From NCBI GenBank assembly GCA_000708835.1, contig DF237072.1, positions 1 through 64,000 on the forward strand: a stretch of 64,000 nucleotides of DNA. Reading direction: 5' to 3'. The translations under genes were made by a program, and so were the position numbers. The stretch comes from Klebsormidium nitens. Its lineage: Eukaryota; Plantae; Klebsormidiophyceae. The notes beneath the pieces are model-generated. The model was not told the origin of the DNA. It saw only the letters and a program-made list of their open reading frames with translations, and ran no database searches. Positions 37,229 to 49,699 of this stretch are shown one piece after another (position 1 is the stretch's first letter; every line of letters begins with the position of its first letter).

Positions 37229-40200
37229 CTGTTGTACAAGTTGACGGTGGCATTGTGAGCCGCCACGTAGTCGTACGGGTGCTCGTTCGCCTTCTTGGAA
37301 AGCGCAGTCACCGTCTTGCTCAGGGACTGTCAGCAGCGAGAAGCACGTGAGTCTGTTGGTCGTGACAGATATGAAGATGAAAAGCAACCCTTGATAAGCT
37401 AAGGGACCGTGGAGAAACACGGGTGTAAGTCTATCAGCGTGACCGATATGACGACGAAGTCAAACCCTTGATAAGCTAGGGACCATGGAGAAACACGGTC
37501 CAAGCGGCCCAAGAGAAAGAAGCGCGTGAAGAAAGGACACACAAGAAGTTTTGGCTCCTATTGGTCTCGGCCCATTGGGTAAACAACCAATGTTTAACCG
37601 TTATTGCTCCAGGCTGGTTACCGCCCACATCTGGCGATCGGACATATCACCACTTCTTGACCAGCCCATAACCATCCAAGGTTAACGGCCAAAAATGCTT
37701 GTGAAAATGCTTACGTTCAGAGTGGGCTGGACCGCGGCGCCGGCGGCTGAGTTGTTCATCTGGCGGATCATACGCAGCGCCTGGTTATCGAGGTAGTTAG
37801 CGACGTAGTTATCGTCGTCAACAGACACTTTGCTGGGCGCGTAGACCACAAAGGAAGTGATTGCGGCGGCGAGCAGAGCCGCGACGACCAGGGTGAGGAC
37901 CCACCCGAAGAATGTCTGCAAAAAGGAGCCAAGGAATCTGGAATTTGGGTTTAGGATGATAATTTGTCGTTTGAGATTAATATACCCTGCCGGGCGCGCG
38001 TAAACCACGAAGAAAGTGATCGTGGCAGAAATTAGGGCCGCAACGACCACGGTGAGGACCCACCCAAAGAACGTCTGCAAATGGGAGCCGAGGAAGTCAA
38101 AAACGCAATTCGTCGAAACCCATGCTCCGTCCCGACTTCTCCGCTCCTCCTGCATGTGCAAGAATCGGACGGTATGTGTGCAGTTTGCAGAAGTCGTCCA
38201 TCAGTTCTCGCGTGAAGGGATCTCAAAAGCGAAGGGACGTGAGTACGGTTTAAAGCCGAAGCGCAGAGGTTCCGCAAGGGGCTTGAAGTCACCGCTCAGC
38301 ATCCGCACGAATCGCTACCGATCCAAGGCACAATGGATTGACTTTCTTTGTCTTCTGGTGACTCATGTAACAGCCTCGTAGCCCATGACAGGCCATGTAA
38401 GAAAGGTCGATCCTCAAGGGGTAACGACGCTAATAAGACAAGTTCCTCAAAGCCCCCTTAAAGAGGGCGTATTCAGATGCATCTGAAATTAGCGACGACT
38501 GGAGAGCACAGGATGCCGCATTTTCGGTCGCCGCGAAAATATCCTGACGTCATTGCTGCAGCGACGTTGACCTGGGCTTTTGCCGCATTGAGATCGCCGC
38601 AACAGCCACGTGGGTTCCTTCGACGCCCTCTTTAAGGAACGTTGTCCGCGGAACGAAGCTAGCACGCTCACAGCACGCTCACCCTGAAGATGACCCGCCA
38701 GTTGACGCCCTTAGATCCCTCGAAAAGCCCCATGGCAATGAGGGCGCCGGTGATGACCTGGGTCGTGGAAACGGGCAGGCCTGCACTCAATAAGCAAAGT
38801 ATTGATATGACCAATTTTGAAGGAAGGCAGAGAGGACGGCCGTTTTCGGCGGAACGATGCAACTCGGATCTTCCAGCAGGCCGGAAGGGAGTATAGGAAT
38901 AAGGGCAAAGAGCAAGGATAAGAAAGTCGCGAGCACGGCTTAGCTCTGTGGAATTGAGTCTCAGATCAGAGACACCGTTCGATCAAGTGCGGGTTTGAAA
39001 CAAAGTTTTTGCACGAGGAGAACGCTTCGAAGTGCAGCTAACGGGGCGATTGCAACCAGTCATTTTGAGTTGTCCGGCTGAGAGTCACAATCTGGCTGCT
39101 AACTAGGCTGTTTACCAGATTCGAGTCTCAGGTTGTTGGACAAACAGCCGGTATTTTAACCCTTCTCAACGGTTGGTTACCGCTTAACTCTGTTTGTTGG
39201 GCCACTTGTTCACCAGTCCGTAACCATCCAAGGTTAAGTACAAGAAGCTAAAGTGGGCGGGGTGCTGACCGAATCTCGAGGAGATGATGACGACAGCCGC
39301 GGTCGAAAGCTCGCAACAGAAGCCGCGCGCGTTCGTCAGCTTCACGGCTTTCACGCCCAGCACCTGGAGGATCTTGTACCCGTATGTCGCCAAGCCGACC
39401 ACAATACCAGCCCCGCCTGCAATTTGAGTGCAGGAATCGGTTTGAAAGCGGGTTTCGTTTCCGGTTGAGAGGATTTTTGGCTGCTAACCAGGCTGATGGC
39501 CAGCGGCAAACTCGGGACATTACTGGTCAAACAACCGGAAAGCTTTAAAGGACCGGAGCATATTCGAATGTGGATTTGAGTGGTTTGGATTTTGTGAGCA
39601 GGGTTCACTGATGCAACTCAGCATAGGCCTAGTTCAAGCACGAGGATGTTTCTGCGAGCGAACGACTGATTTCAAATGGAATTGCCTTCCGTAAATATCT
39701 GGAAGTGGAAGAGCCCACAGCACGAAGTAAATGCTGTTTCGCTATCCGCACACGAGTGCATTAAGGAAGATCGTTGACTCAAAACACGACGCAGCAGAAT
39801 CATGGAACTCACAAATGGTAAGTAAAACGACGCACGGAACTCGAACGTCAAAACGACCTACCGTAGGCGAGAATCCACTTTTCAACTGGGGACTTGGAAG
39901 GCACCTGGCTCGTGTTCCTGCAAAGAAAAGGACGGCTCAAACAGTGAGGTTGTGAAGCTCAGCAACGGACCTGGACTTTTCCAACTGGGCACTCTGAGAA
40001 CCCACTCGAATGAAGGAAAGGGTCCAAAGTACAACTCGTGGAACGGATGAGGAAACAGAGATGGACAGGATTCCAGACGCGCACTGAAGACCATCGCAGA
40101 TCACACAGCACAAAGCGAGGAATCGATGGAGGGTGCTGAGCACTTCTGAGTCCGTGAAAAGGTTTGCGTAAGGTCCTCTCTTCAAGGGCCGCTTTCGTCC

Positions 40201-43200
40201 CTAAGCGGAGAGCCGTTCCAGGTTTTCTTGATACCCTGATCATATGGTTGAGTTGGCAAGCTCCAGAACGGTCGTTCATATGTATACTAGACCCCCTGTT
40301 CTAGTAAAACCGTTCTAGCACGAACGTACACATTACGCGAACGTTTCAGTATGTTTAACAGAAGCTGCATATAACAAAAACACTGGAACATCCTAGAACG
40401 GCCGCATTCTTTACAGAGAACTTCGTAGAACCGTTACTAGAACGGGAGAATTCGTTTTACGTACCAGATGGTGTAGACAGCAGAGTAGGGCCCCAAAGCG
40501 TTGGCAACGTCGTTGGAGCCGTGGGAGAACGACATCACCATAGCGGAGAAAATCTGGAGTAGGTGAGAAGCAGAAGGTGTTGATTCCAGTTGGGTTTCTT
40601 CCCCAATCTCACTCAGGCAGAAGACACACAGGATACTCTGGCACTTAATCACGGATGGGTATGGGCTAAGTATGGGCCGGTTTGAAAGCGGTTTTATGTC
40701 CATTAACCAGATTTGGGCGGTGACCACCCCTTTCAAAGTCTTTGATCTGGTCTACTCATGCAGAGTGTCATTCGTGCGGAGAGTCAACCATGCAGAGAGT
40801 CATTCGTGCAGAGAGATGCCGAGTAGACTAAATGGACTCGGACTCCCCAGAGCTTGAGGAAACCGAGTGCAGGGGCACAGGGCCAGGATACACCGAATCA
40901 ATTTTCCTGACAGACGTTGAAGTTGGTGAAAGACCGTTGTGTGGCGTCACTGCAAAGCTGCTTTCTCACTAAGGTAAGGGGAAAACTGATTTGAGGTCAT
41001 CTTCGTGACCTTGATTCCGCTGCCAAACGCGCACCTGGAGGTAGCGGAACAGCCGCTCGGTCTTGAAGTCGAAGACTTCGGCCCCTTCCCAGATCGTACC
41101 GATGCGCTCGTCTCGATCGATGGCGTCGTGGACTTCGTAGGTAGCGCCGAACGTCAGCGTCTTGACCACAACGTTGCCAAAGATAAATTTGCCCGCGTTT
41201 GTCTGCGCGAATTTATTCACACCAAACCTCTCCATGGAGCGATGCCACATGGTGTCCTTCCCTGCGCGAGGTCACGAGATATGATGTTAACGTGACAGCG
41301 AAAGTGTGAACAGGCTCTGCCGTCACCTCCAAATAGAGCCGCCCACAGACCCCAACAAACCCACCAAGTATCAGGGCCTTCACCGACTCCGACGTACGGT
41401 AACAAACGTTTGCAAGAGAGTGATCTTTCAGGCTGATACAAATGCGGCCTCTTAACTTGTTAACGGAGGCAATGCTCTGTACTGGGCAGCTAAGATGCAA
41501 CTGTCAGCCATCTCACAGATGGTTTCGCCGTTTATCATTGAAATTCCTGGGCTGATACGAAGCTGGTTATGTGTCCAATATCCAAATTTGGGCGCTAAAT
41601 ACCGGAGCCTTCGAGCAAAGTTAGATACCGGTTATTGTTTTAAGAACCTGAGACTCAAATCTGGCAGTCAGCTTGGTTAACAGTCAGAATCTCCTGTGGC
41701 TCGGTGGACACGTGTCTTACGGCCAACGGCTGCTTCCTCTTCGGCGACCGCACGCTGGCGCGCAGCGTCCTTCGGGTCCAGCTCGCCTGCCTCGATCCTG
41801 GCGGCCTCAACTTGCCGGTCATTTCACGGCTGCAAAAACATGGGTTATCATTTCAGAAAAAGCACTGCAAAAGCCTGTGCAAATCTCAGAACTGCAAATA
41901 GAACGAAGACCAGCTCGATCGGAGAAGAAGTACAGAACCCAGTTTCCGGTCCAGTTCCGGCCGTCAGCTTTAGTGCTGCGAGAACAACGGAGTTCACATC
42001 TTCTCAGAAGAAACACTACAAAATGCGTTTCAAGGTTCAAATCAGTTTCAGAGCTGCAAGAAGAAGGAAGACTAGCTCCGTTGAAGAGGAACTACAAGAC
42101 CAAGTTTCGGTCCAATTCCTGTCAGCTTCAGAATTGCAAATAGAACAAAGATTGTTCCAAAAGAAGCAGAGCAAAATTGGAATCTGGCTGCGCTTCGAAG
42201 CTGCCAGTATAATAGGAGCCGTATCAAAAGAAGACTCTTAAACCCACTCGCTTGATTGTCCGCTCTAGTTCCAGCAACCCAGCGAGGCTGTCACTAGAAG
42301 AACGGCGATCATGTTGTGTCATCACTTCCACTTTCGGTCCGCTTCAGAGCTTTGACACGGTGCCTGTCATTTCGACAGAAGCATTGCAGAAACCACTTGC
42401 TTACAACGTCCTCTTGAGGCGCCCTGTCGAGGCACACTAGGGTTATCAGAGTCGATTAACAAGCTTCTCAATGGCCCCTGTTACGTGTGCAGAAGCATTG
42501 CGAAACCCACTTGCTTAACCCGTCCTCTTAGAGGCGCCCGTCTTGGGTCAAACTAGGGTTATCAGAGTCGGTTAAACAAGCGCGCGCGCGCGCTCACCGC
42601 TCTCTCCGAGCGTCATCTGCGTGGACCGCCTTGTAAAGGAAGGGCATGATGAAAGCTGCCGTCAGGATTCCCATGCCCGCACCGATCACGATGCTGATCC
42701 AGACGCTCTTGCCGTCGGATACCTTCTGCAAAGACCAGAGGAGCTGACGTCAGCAAGAGGAGCTGACGTCAGAGGAAAGCCAAAACTCGTTGGGCCTATC
42801 TGAACTGGAAATGACATCTGCGTGGACAACTTGCAAAGGAGGTGGGGAACCTTCGTGGACGAGAGCTTGCACCGAAGTTAACGTCTGCATGCACGTTTAG
42901 CGGTGAATTAATCAAACGGTGGATGCTGCACTTGGTAAACGGCAGGCATGCAATGCGTGAAACAAGGATTAGTATTGCAGGGGTGATAGATAAGGAGCGA
43001 AAGCTCGGGAGCTAGGGTGTTTTTGCTGCGCAGAGGCGGGGAACTTACATCCCAGCTGTTGTTCTTGTTGCCGGTTTGGATGATGAATATGACGACGACA
43101 AAGAAAGTCACGAAAACCAGGAATGGGAACAGCTGCAATACGCAGTACGCGGGTTAGCTTGGGCGTGCTCGAAGCTACGGGCCGATTAGCATCTACTCAT

Positions 43201-46200
43201 AAGACAGAACCCGCAACACGTAAGAGGTTTTGTCACCCCTTCAGAAGTTTATCCTTGCACACCCGACTTGCAGATGAATATCACCCTAGTCTGCAAGTGA
43301 GACGCTTTTGCGACTGATAAAAAATCCTCATGATTAACAAGGGACTTCGGGCAAGCGGTCACTTTTCACGTGTGAACAAGCGACCGGAAAATTGTTTCTG
43401 TGCTTCTACATTTACTCGCTGCCACTCAAATGTCTCTATCAAAAAGGCAATCTGCTACGGCGGGGAATGGACAAGTGGCGCTAAAATGACGAGCACAACT
43501 TACGAAGAAGGCGCGGATGAAGGGAGTGTTCCGAGCCACTCGAATGTCCTCGTCGACAATGCATTTCACGACTGTGGGAAACGGAACAGAGGCGCTGAAA
43601 TGACAAGCACGACTTACGTAGAAGGCGCGGATGAAGGAGTGCCGCGACCGGAGCACGAAGGTGCGCAAGAGGAAGAAAATAATGGCGACCAATACGCCGG
43701 AGCAGATCGGTGACACCACCCACTGCGAAAAGCGAGAAAGTCAGCAAACGTCAGCAACTGAAAGCAAACGTAAAAGCCCAAGTCAATGGTCGTTGCCTTT
43801 GTCAGAGGCTTGGGGAGTAGCGAAACCACCGTGACTGCGCAAAACACAAAACAGACGTGAGCAAAGATAAGAGCCCACATAAACTTGAAGGGTCGCCGCC
43901 TTTCTCAGAGGCTGGGGGAGTAGCGAAACCACCGTCACTGCGCAAAATACAAAACAGACGTGAGCAGACATAAGAGCCCACATCAATGGCCACCGCCTTT
44001 CTCAGAGGCTTGGGGAGCGGCGGAATTGCGTGACTGCGCATGACGGAAAACAGACGTGAGTGAACGGAAGCGCCCACATGTTTGCGCCCTTTCTCAAGGG
44101 GCTTTAGATCGATTCAAGCTTCGAGGTGAGAGCACAGTTTGTGGTCAGAACAGCAGGCAACGAGCGCACGTGAAGAAGGGCCCAAAACGAAACCAGCAGA
44201 CGGGAGAAGACCTTCGCCGCTTTTGCTTGAATGGAACGATCCGAAGGAGCTTGGTGTTTTTCGTTGCAAAAGGAAAAGTTCCTAGCAAATTGGCAACGTC
44301 CGAATCGGCGAGGATATTTGGGCGTCCGAAACGACAAGGATCACTGACGTTCGACCAGCTGGCGGGAACACCACAACCGAACCAGTGTGGATCACATCGG
44401 GAAAATCAGCGGGCATAACTTGGACATGAGCGGAGTCAGTGACGTGATTTTGTGACATTGGACACAAAATTTTGGCGGTGGGTGCTCAAACGTCCAGATG
44501 TAAAACAGGTGACCAGAACCCGCAAGAACAATGAAGCAAACTCGAGCCAGAGTGAGCCTAAACGAAGCTAGTATTTGAAACCCCTAACCCAAACCCACAC
44601 CCAAACCCAAACCCAAGTTCTTTTCTTGCTCAGCACCCCAGCCGGATCCCCCGGCCAGGTTATCCAAACCCAAAGCACGCCACCTGTCCCAGGCACTGAT
44701 AAGCGAGACTATGGTTGTCGATCTAGAGACCGATGACGTGACCCATGTGACGTCACGATGATGTGCCCCACCTGGAGGAAGATGATGCTCATGCCCTTGA
44801 GGTACGGGAAGTCGTTGTCGCCCGTCGCCTTGTTGATGTTCTTCTTGCTCCACACAATTGCGTTGCTGCCACGAAGCGCCCAGGCCATGCCGACTATCGC
44901 CCCGACTGGAAAAGGAGGGAAGAGCCTTAGTATTGTACGAAAGGAACGGTTCGTGGAAGAGAGAAGGGGGCGGCAACCCTGAGTGACTTCTGACGTCATC
45001 CAGCCTTTCTTCTGACGCGTCGGACAGGTCTGAATTCCGTCCGCAAGCTGCAGACCTGGCTTACGGGATTCAGACAAGGTCCGCATAAGGTCCAGACAAA
45101 AGGCTTTCTCTTGGTGGATCGTGGAAGAGAGATAGGGGCGGGTTGCTAAATGAGGAACCGGCAGGGCGACCCTTGCCGCATCAAGTTACTGAAAAGGATC
45201 GAATCAGTTGAGGGGTACGTTTGATCCTTGAGCAGTTTAAGCCTCTCCTAGTTTCCTCCTGACTCTGACTTTCACTCGTCACAACTTGTCTTTTGACGTG
45301 ACCGTTGCCTTGTCAGAGCGCAGCGATGCACTTATCGGCTAAATCAAGAGGGACGCCTACGAGAGTTCGCGATTGGCAGTGACGAAGGTGCTCCAAGTCA
45401 TTTTGGAGGTGAGATTTGCCACTCTCGCAGTCTGATAAAAGAGGTTCTACACCGTTTATAAGACTTTGGGCTTGGGCAGCCACGACTCAGGAGAGTTAGA
45501 GACCGGAAACGAGCGAGTACCTGAATTCAGTAACTCTCGATCCTGTTAGGGGCCGATGAATTTCAGATAAGCACCCGGGGATCGGGTGGGGTTAGTTTGG
45601 CGTTAAGGTGGGTGCGGATACAGAGCGCATAATGTTTTGGGTTAGGGCTTTTTGATTAAGCTGCTCGGCGCTTATGTATCTCAAAACCATTTCCTGTTGA
45701 AAAAACTCAGAGGTACCAAATCGTACCTGTGGTATGAGTGGTGGAAACCGGCAGTTCCAAATGGCACGCAAGGTTGTCCCAGAACGCGGCCGTTATCATA
45801 ACCGCCAGCATGCCGAACATCAGCAACTCTGCAGACAAGGAGGAGCGTGCGCCGAGCAGTTAGTGACACACAAGTTTGCGACTAACCCGTTTTAGAACCG
45901 GCCTGTCCTAGCCAAGTCCGATAGATGACCAGACACATACGATAACCCATGGAAGCTGTAAGACAGACTCTAGATCTTACACCCGAGTAACTTCCAAACT
46001 TCTTGGATATATATCCTTTTGAACCTCTAATGTTGCAGGAAGAACGACTCACGAAACGCGGAGCTCGTCCCGATACAGCTCCTTTAAGCCCCTAAAACCA
46101 GCTCCGACATACTCTCACCACCAAAACAGATTTGGAAAGAGGAAAAGCAAAAGCAACCGGTTTTCAACCCTCTTGGACAAGAATGCGTTCAGCTCACATC

Positions 46201-47591
46201 GACTTCCACACCCCCTCAAAGCTTTCAGGTACCGGAGTTCAATGAACCGATAGTTAAAAAGTGCTTCCCACGATGCCCAAGTGAACGGAAAGACAACGCC
46301 GACTTCTGGCTCGTATGTTTAGGAGGACGCAGCGATTTGTGGAGGGTTGCTTGGAACATTTAAGCTACTGTCCCTCGAAGACTCCATGCGAACAAACAAG
46401 GAAGGTGCATGCACATAGCTGTGTGACCAGATCCGCCAGAAAAATGGTTGGAAGCACTTCGCATTAGCTTCAAGAGGGTCAATCGTTGACTTGACCCAAA
46501 TATCGGAAATTGACGAGATCGCTTACCTGGGCTGTCGCTGAAAAGATTTACGTTGGCGATATTGCTTCTCACAGCTGCAAATGGAATGGCAGACAGTTGA
46601 GTTGACAAGCAGTCAATCAATGCAAGGTGATCCTTGTTCGTTGGCAAATTGAGGTCTCGAAGGTTTGCAACAAGCGCACAGCTGTTGAGAAAGGGAATCG
46701 CCCACTCCCTACTTCTGATCACGCTTTTAGCAAAAAACTTTGTTTCAAACATGCAAGACTCCAAGAAGCGGTATCTGGCTGTATTGCATCACAATGGCAA
46801 AGGATCAGGCAACCGCAAATTTCAAGTGTGTGCCAGGTGCAACAAGCTTCAAACACACTTGGATCCACGCCAGAGGGGGGCTCGTTGCGCTTACTGTCAG
46901 TTACTGAGGCTCCCAGTAGTAACGCTCCCAGGAACTCGCAGACAGCTGCTACCATTATGGCCTGGGTCATGGTCAACGCCCTGGACCCCACCGATGTGGC
47001 AAACGAGTTGGCCTGCGCGTCAAGGAAAAGGGAGGGGAAAGTGAGAAGGTGCTGAAGTGCTCTGCTCCCCTTTCAGAGGATTCCGGACAAAGGGATCCCT
47101 TACCTCCTTGAAGAGAAAGTGACCCAGGCTTCTGCAACGTATGCGCCTCGTACGTCCTCGTAATGGATGCTTTCTGAACCTATGCAGAGAAAGAAGAACT
47201 GCCCCAACAGGGCAGACAGCCAAAGTACTTGGAGGATCACTTTTCAACCCGCATTGTGAGAGCGTCAAATTCCTCAAAATGGCGAGGCAACTTGTTTGCA
47301 GTTTCGGGCGAGTGCTGTTTGCGAACCTTAAGTAAGATCGCCCCGAAAGACACCAAGTTTTGGCAGAGACGGAGTAAGCAACAGAGCAGCTGTCGGCCGG
47401 CCTTCCCTTCTGGACAGTCGTCTACTGTCCATTGGAAAAGAGTCTCCGACCTGGCAGTCATAAGTACGCACACTGTGTGTTCTCAAAAAGTGAGGACTCA
47501 CCACATCGTTGGCGCCAATCCCAAAGGCGCAGATGAAACCGACGACAGTCGCAAAGCCGAAGATCCATGTGTATTGGTCGAACTGAACCAT
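37229..47591 (-). CDS. PHO4/PiT (SLC20) family Na+/phosphate symporter, algal PTB-like
   Basis: Exons 47502-47591, 46895-47012, 46527-46574, 45727-45828, 44772-44905, 43618-43722, 43049-43132, 42598-42725, 41721-41797, 41035-41261, 40465-40553, 39862-39917, 39270-39416, 38683-38780, 37715-37915, 37229-37326 join in phase; the 3' end is unresolved. Signatures: GIGANDVANSFATSVGS, LPVSTTH, SFSHGSNDVANALGP, GGAGIVVGLATYGYK, KLTNARGFCCEL, GLPVSTTQ, FFGWVLT. Confidence 0.95.
37590..41680. repeat. Dispersed ~90-140 bp intronic repeat family, at least 4 copies in both orientations
   Basis: Copies at ~37590-37686 (-), ~39107-39237 (-), ~40645-40732 (+), ~41547-41680 (+). Three share TTAA..TGGATGG.TA.GG, three share TGTCC...CCA.AT.TGGGCG, and two share ATACCGG...AACCTGAGACTC.AATCTGG. 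Confidence 0.7.
37986..38090 (-). repeat. Near-intact duplicate of acceptor + start of the TFFGWVLT exon
   Basis: TTGCAG|ACGTTCTTTGGGTGGGTCCTCACCGTGGTCGTTGCGGCC versus the functional TTGCAG|ACATTCTTCGGGTGGGTCCTCACCCTGGTCGTCGCGGCT. Confidence 0.9.
41860..42580. repeat. Intronic degenerate tandem repeats (~100 bp units)
   Basis: CAGAA/GCTGCAA...GAAGAC.AGCTC units at 41860-42230. A two-copy repeat AGAAGCATTGC...CTAGGGTTATCAGAGTCG at 42378-42580. Confidence 0.75.
43480..44080 (-). repeat. Donor-side echo (43480-43600) and 3-4 copy acceptor-side tandem repeat (43760-44080) around the WVVSPICSG exon
   Basis: CTTCATCCGCGCCTTCT(A/T)CGTAAGT is duplicated. The unit TCAGAGGCTTGGGGAGTAGCGAAACCACCGT.ACTGCGCAAAA.ACAAAACAGACGTGAGC is repeated. 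Confidence 0.85.
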
Positions 47592-48798
47592 GTTGACCAG
47601 AGGTGGAGGCAAGCAAGGACTGCAGTGTCTGCATAAGACAGGAGAGAGAGATCATAAGCTGGTGGGAGAGGAGATCCTGAGCTGGTGCAAAAAACTGAAA
47701 TATTTTCCATCAAGGATAAAATGCCAAGCAGAGAACAGTAGCGGGGAGCGTAGATCCGCTGATGCATCGAGCAACAACAGTCGAAGCTCCCAGTGTTTTC
47801 GAAACATAGTCAGCCAGCTGGAAAGCGCAGATCAGCTCGATACATCAAGCAACAGCATCAGATGCTCGCTATATTTCCAACAACACAGTCAGCCAACTGG
47901 GAAGGAACTGGATAAGATAAATGCTGCTGTAACAATCAAGACTGGCAAAGCACCGGCTCACTAAGTCTGCACAGAAGTCAACGGGTTTGAACAAGCTCAA
48001 ATGCAATCCAGCTGCGCATGACAAAGCCAACGTTCCTGCGTGCGCCTTCTTCAGCAGCTGCTTGCGCCGTTTCGTGTCAAACCAATAGGCGTCAATGTGC
48101 TGCTTCTGAGCTGGCACTGTTTAAGAAAGGAAGGGACGCTACGCTGCTAGAGGCTGTGCAGTGCAATGAAGTGACTCACCTTTTGAGAACTTGCAGCTGC
48201 AATTGTGGTGGCCCCAACGTTCTGAGCAGACACGCAGGGCATGAAAGGCCACGTTCGAACTGATCTTCTCAGGCAAAACCCGCTGCCGAGGGAACTGACA
48301 AAATGTGGCCCTCGGAGTCGGAAGGACGCGAACAACGTCCATTTTGGCTGCGCTTGAACCGAATGAAGCAGATTGCTTACATTGCACTGACATATGCGCA
48401 GGAATCTTTCTGGGAATCTTTACAAGCTGGCCCAGATGATTGTTGTGCCCAGCGGAGCTGGCCGCTACCTACAGCAACGACAAGCGAACATGTGTCACAA
48501 CGACAAAGGTGTGAACATCGTACTAAATGAGAGGGGAAACGTGGAACGCCGAGCCTGCCGCCCTTCAATCGTTGGCCTCCAGCTGGCAGGGGAGTCCCCC
48601 TGCATATGATGAGTGTATGTATGTATGATACACAGGCTACAGCAGAGTAACACGGTATGTCAGCTGAGCTGCTAGGTATTGAATGCCGAGCCAAGTCGCT
48701 TTCAAGGGACTTCCGACTCCCCTTGCAGAACTTTAATGCGAGTTCGAGAGTTCGATCCGAGAAAGAAGCAATGTATTGGACGCAGACTGATCATGCAT

Positions 48799-48844
48799 CG
48801 TATACCGTATATACCGTATATACCGTATATACCGTATATATCGG
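48799..48844. promoter_or_regulatory. 9-bp tandem repeat containing three perfect P1BS (GNATATNC) sites upstream of the phosphate transporter
   Basis: GTATATAC at 48807-48814, 48816-48823 and 48825-48832, about 1.2 kb upstream of the ATG at 47591. Confidence 0.5.
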
Positions 48845-49699
48845 TAGCATTCTTTAAGAACGGCATGAAAAGGTGACGGTGAACCGTGATACGGTAGGTA
48901 CTAGGGCCTAGGTAGACAGCTAGTGACTATAGCTAGTGAGGTATTAAAGTACTTAATACAAGAAGCCTGGCACTGGGTCAAATGTCGACATGGCTTTTGC
49001 GACTTCGGCGTAGTCCCCCAGGACGGAAGGAATCTTTTTCTTGCATGCACATCATTTGTGATGCCTCAAATGAGGGCACATATGTCATTTGTCGTTTATG
49101 AATTTATGTAGGATAATAATAACGTCTCACCTGATTCCCCGGTGAGCTAGCAATAGTCCCCAGAACAGAAAACCTAAACAAGTTGTTAACCGCGGTCCAC
49201 GCCCATGCCAAGGCTAACCAAAAACGTAACCTCACCCGCTTCCCGGGCCCCCGATCCTACCTGGAAGTTGGATCTATCCTACCTAAACCGTAGATTTATA
49301 TGCTTATACAGGAGGGATCCGAGACCCGGGCCATTATTGCGCTCAAGACAAATCTGCGGCGGTCTCATGCTGTGCAGCACCGGCACTAGTCCTAGAACAC
49401 CCGCCCGGCTCGTCACAATGCCCATGCCTGGCCGAAGATCCCCGGGTACTGGTTGAATAACCTACCGGTATTAACGCTGCGGCAGCGCGGCAAAAGGTGG
49501 AGGGTTCGACATCAACCGGGACACAGGGTCGTTCGGATCGCCGTTTCCGGAGACGGCACGTTGGTAACGCACCCTTTCTCTGGCCAATGAGAACGCGTTA
49601 TTGTGACTCTGATGTCATTGTCATGTACCGGCTCTCGAGCTGTCCAGAGAAAGCTACAGCCTACAGCCTACAGGCTACAGCTAGCCGGCCAGCTACCAA

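Noticed and set aside
39548-39555. Isolated P1BS match in an intron
   Set aside because: Single GNATATNC matches are expected by chance many times in 64 kb.
42580-42592. (CG)6 tract at a donor site (Z-DNA potential)
   Set aside because: Short microsatellite, with no further support for function.
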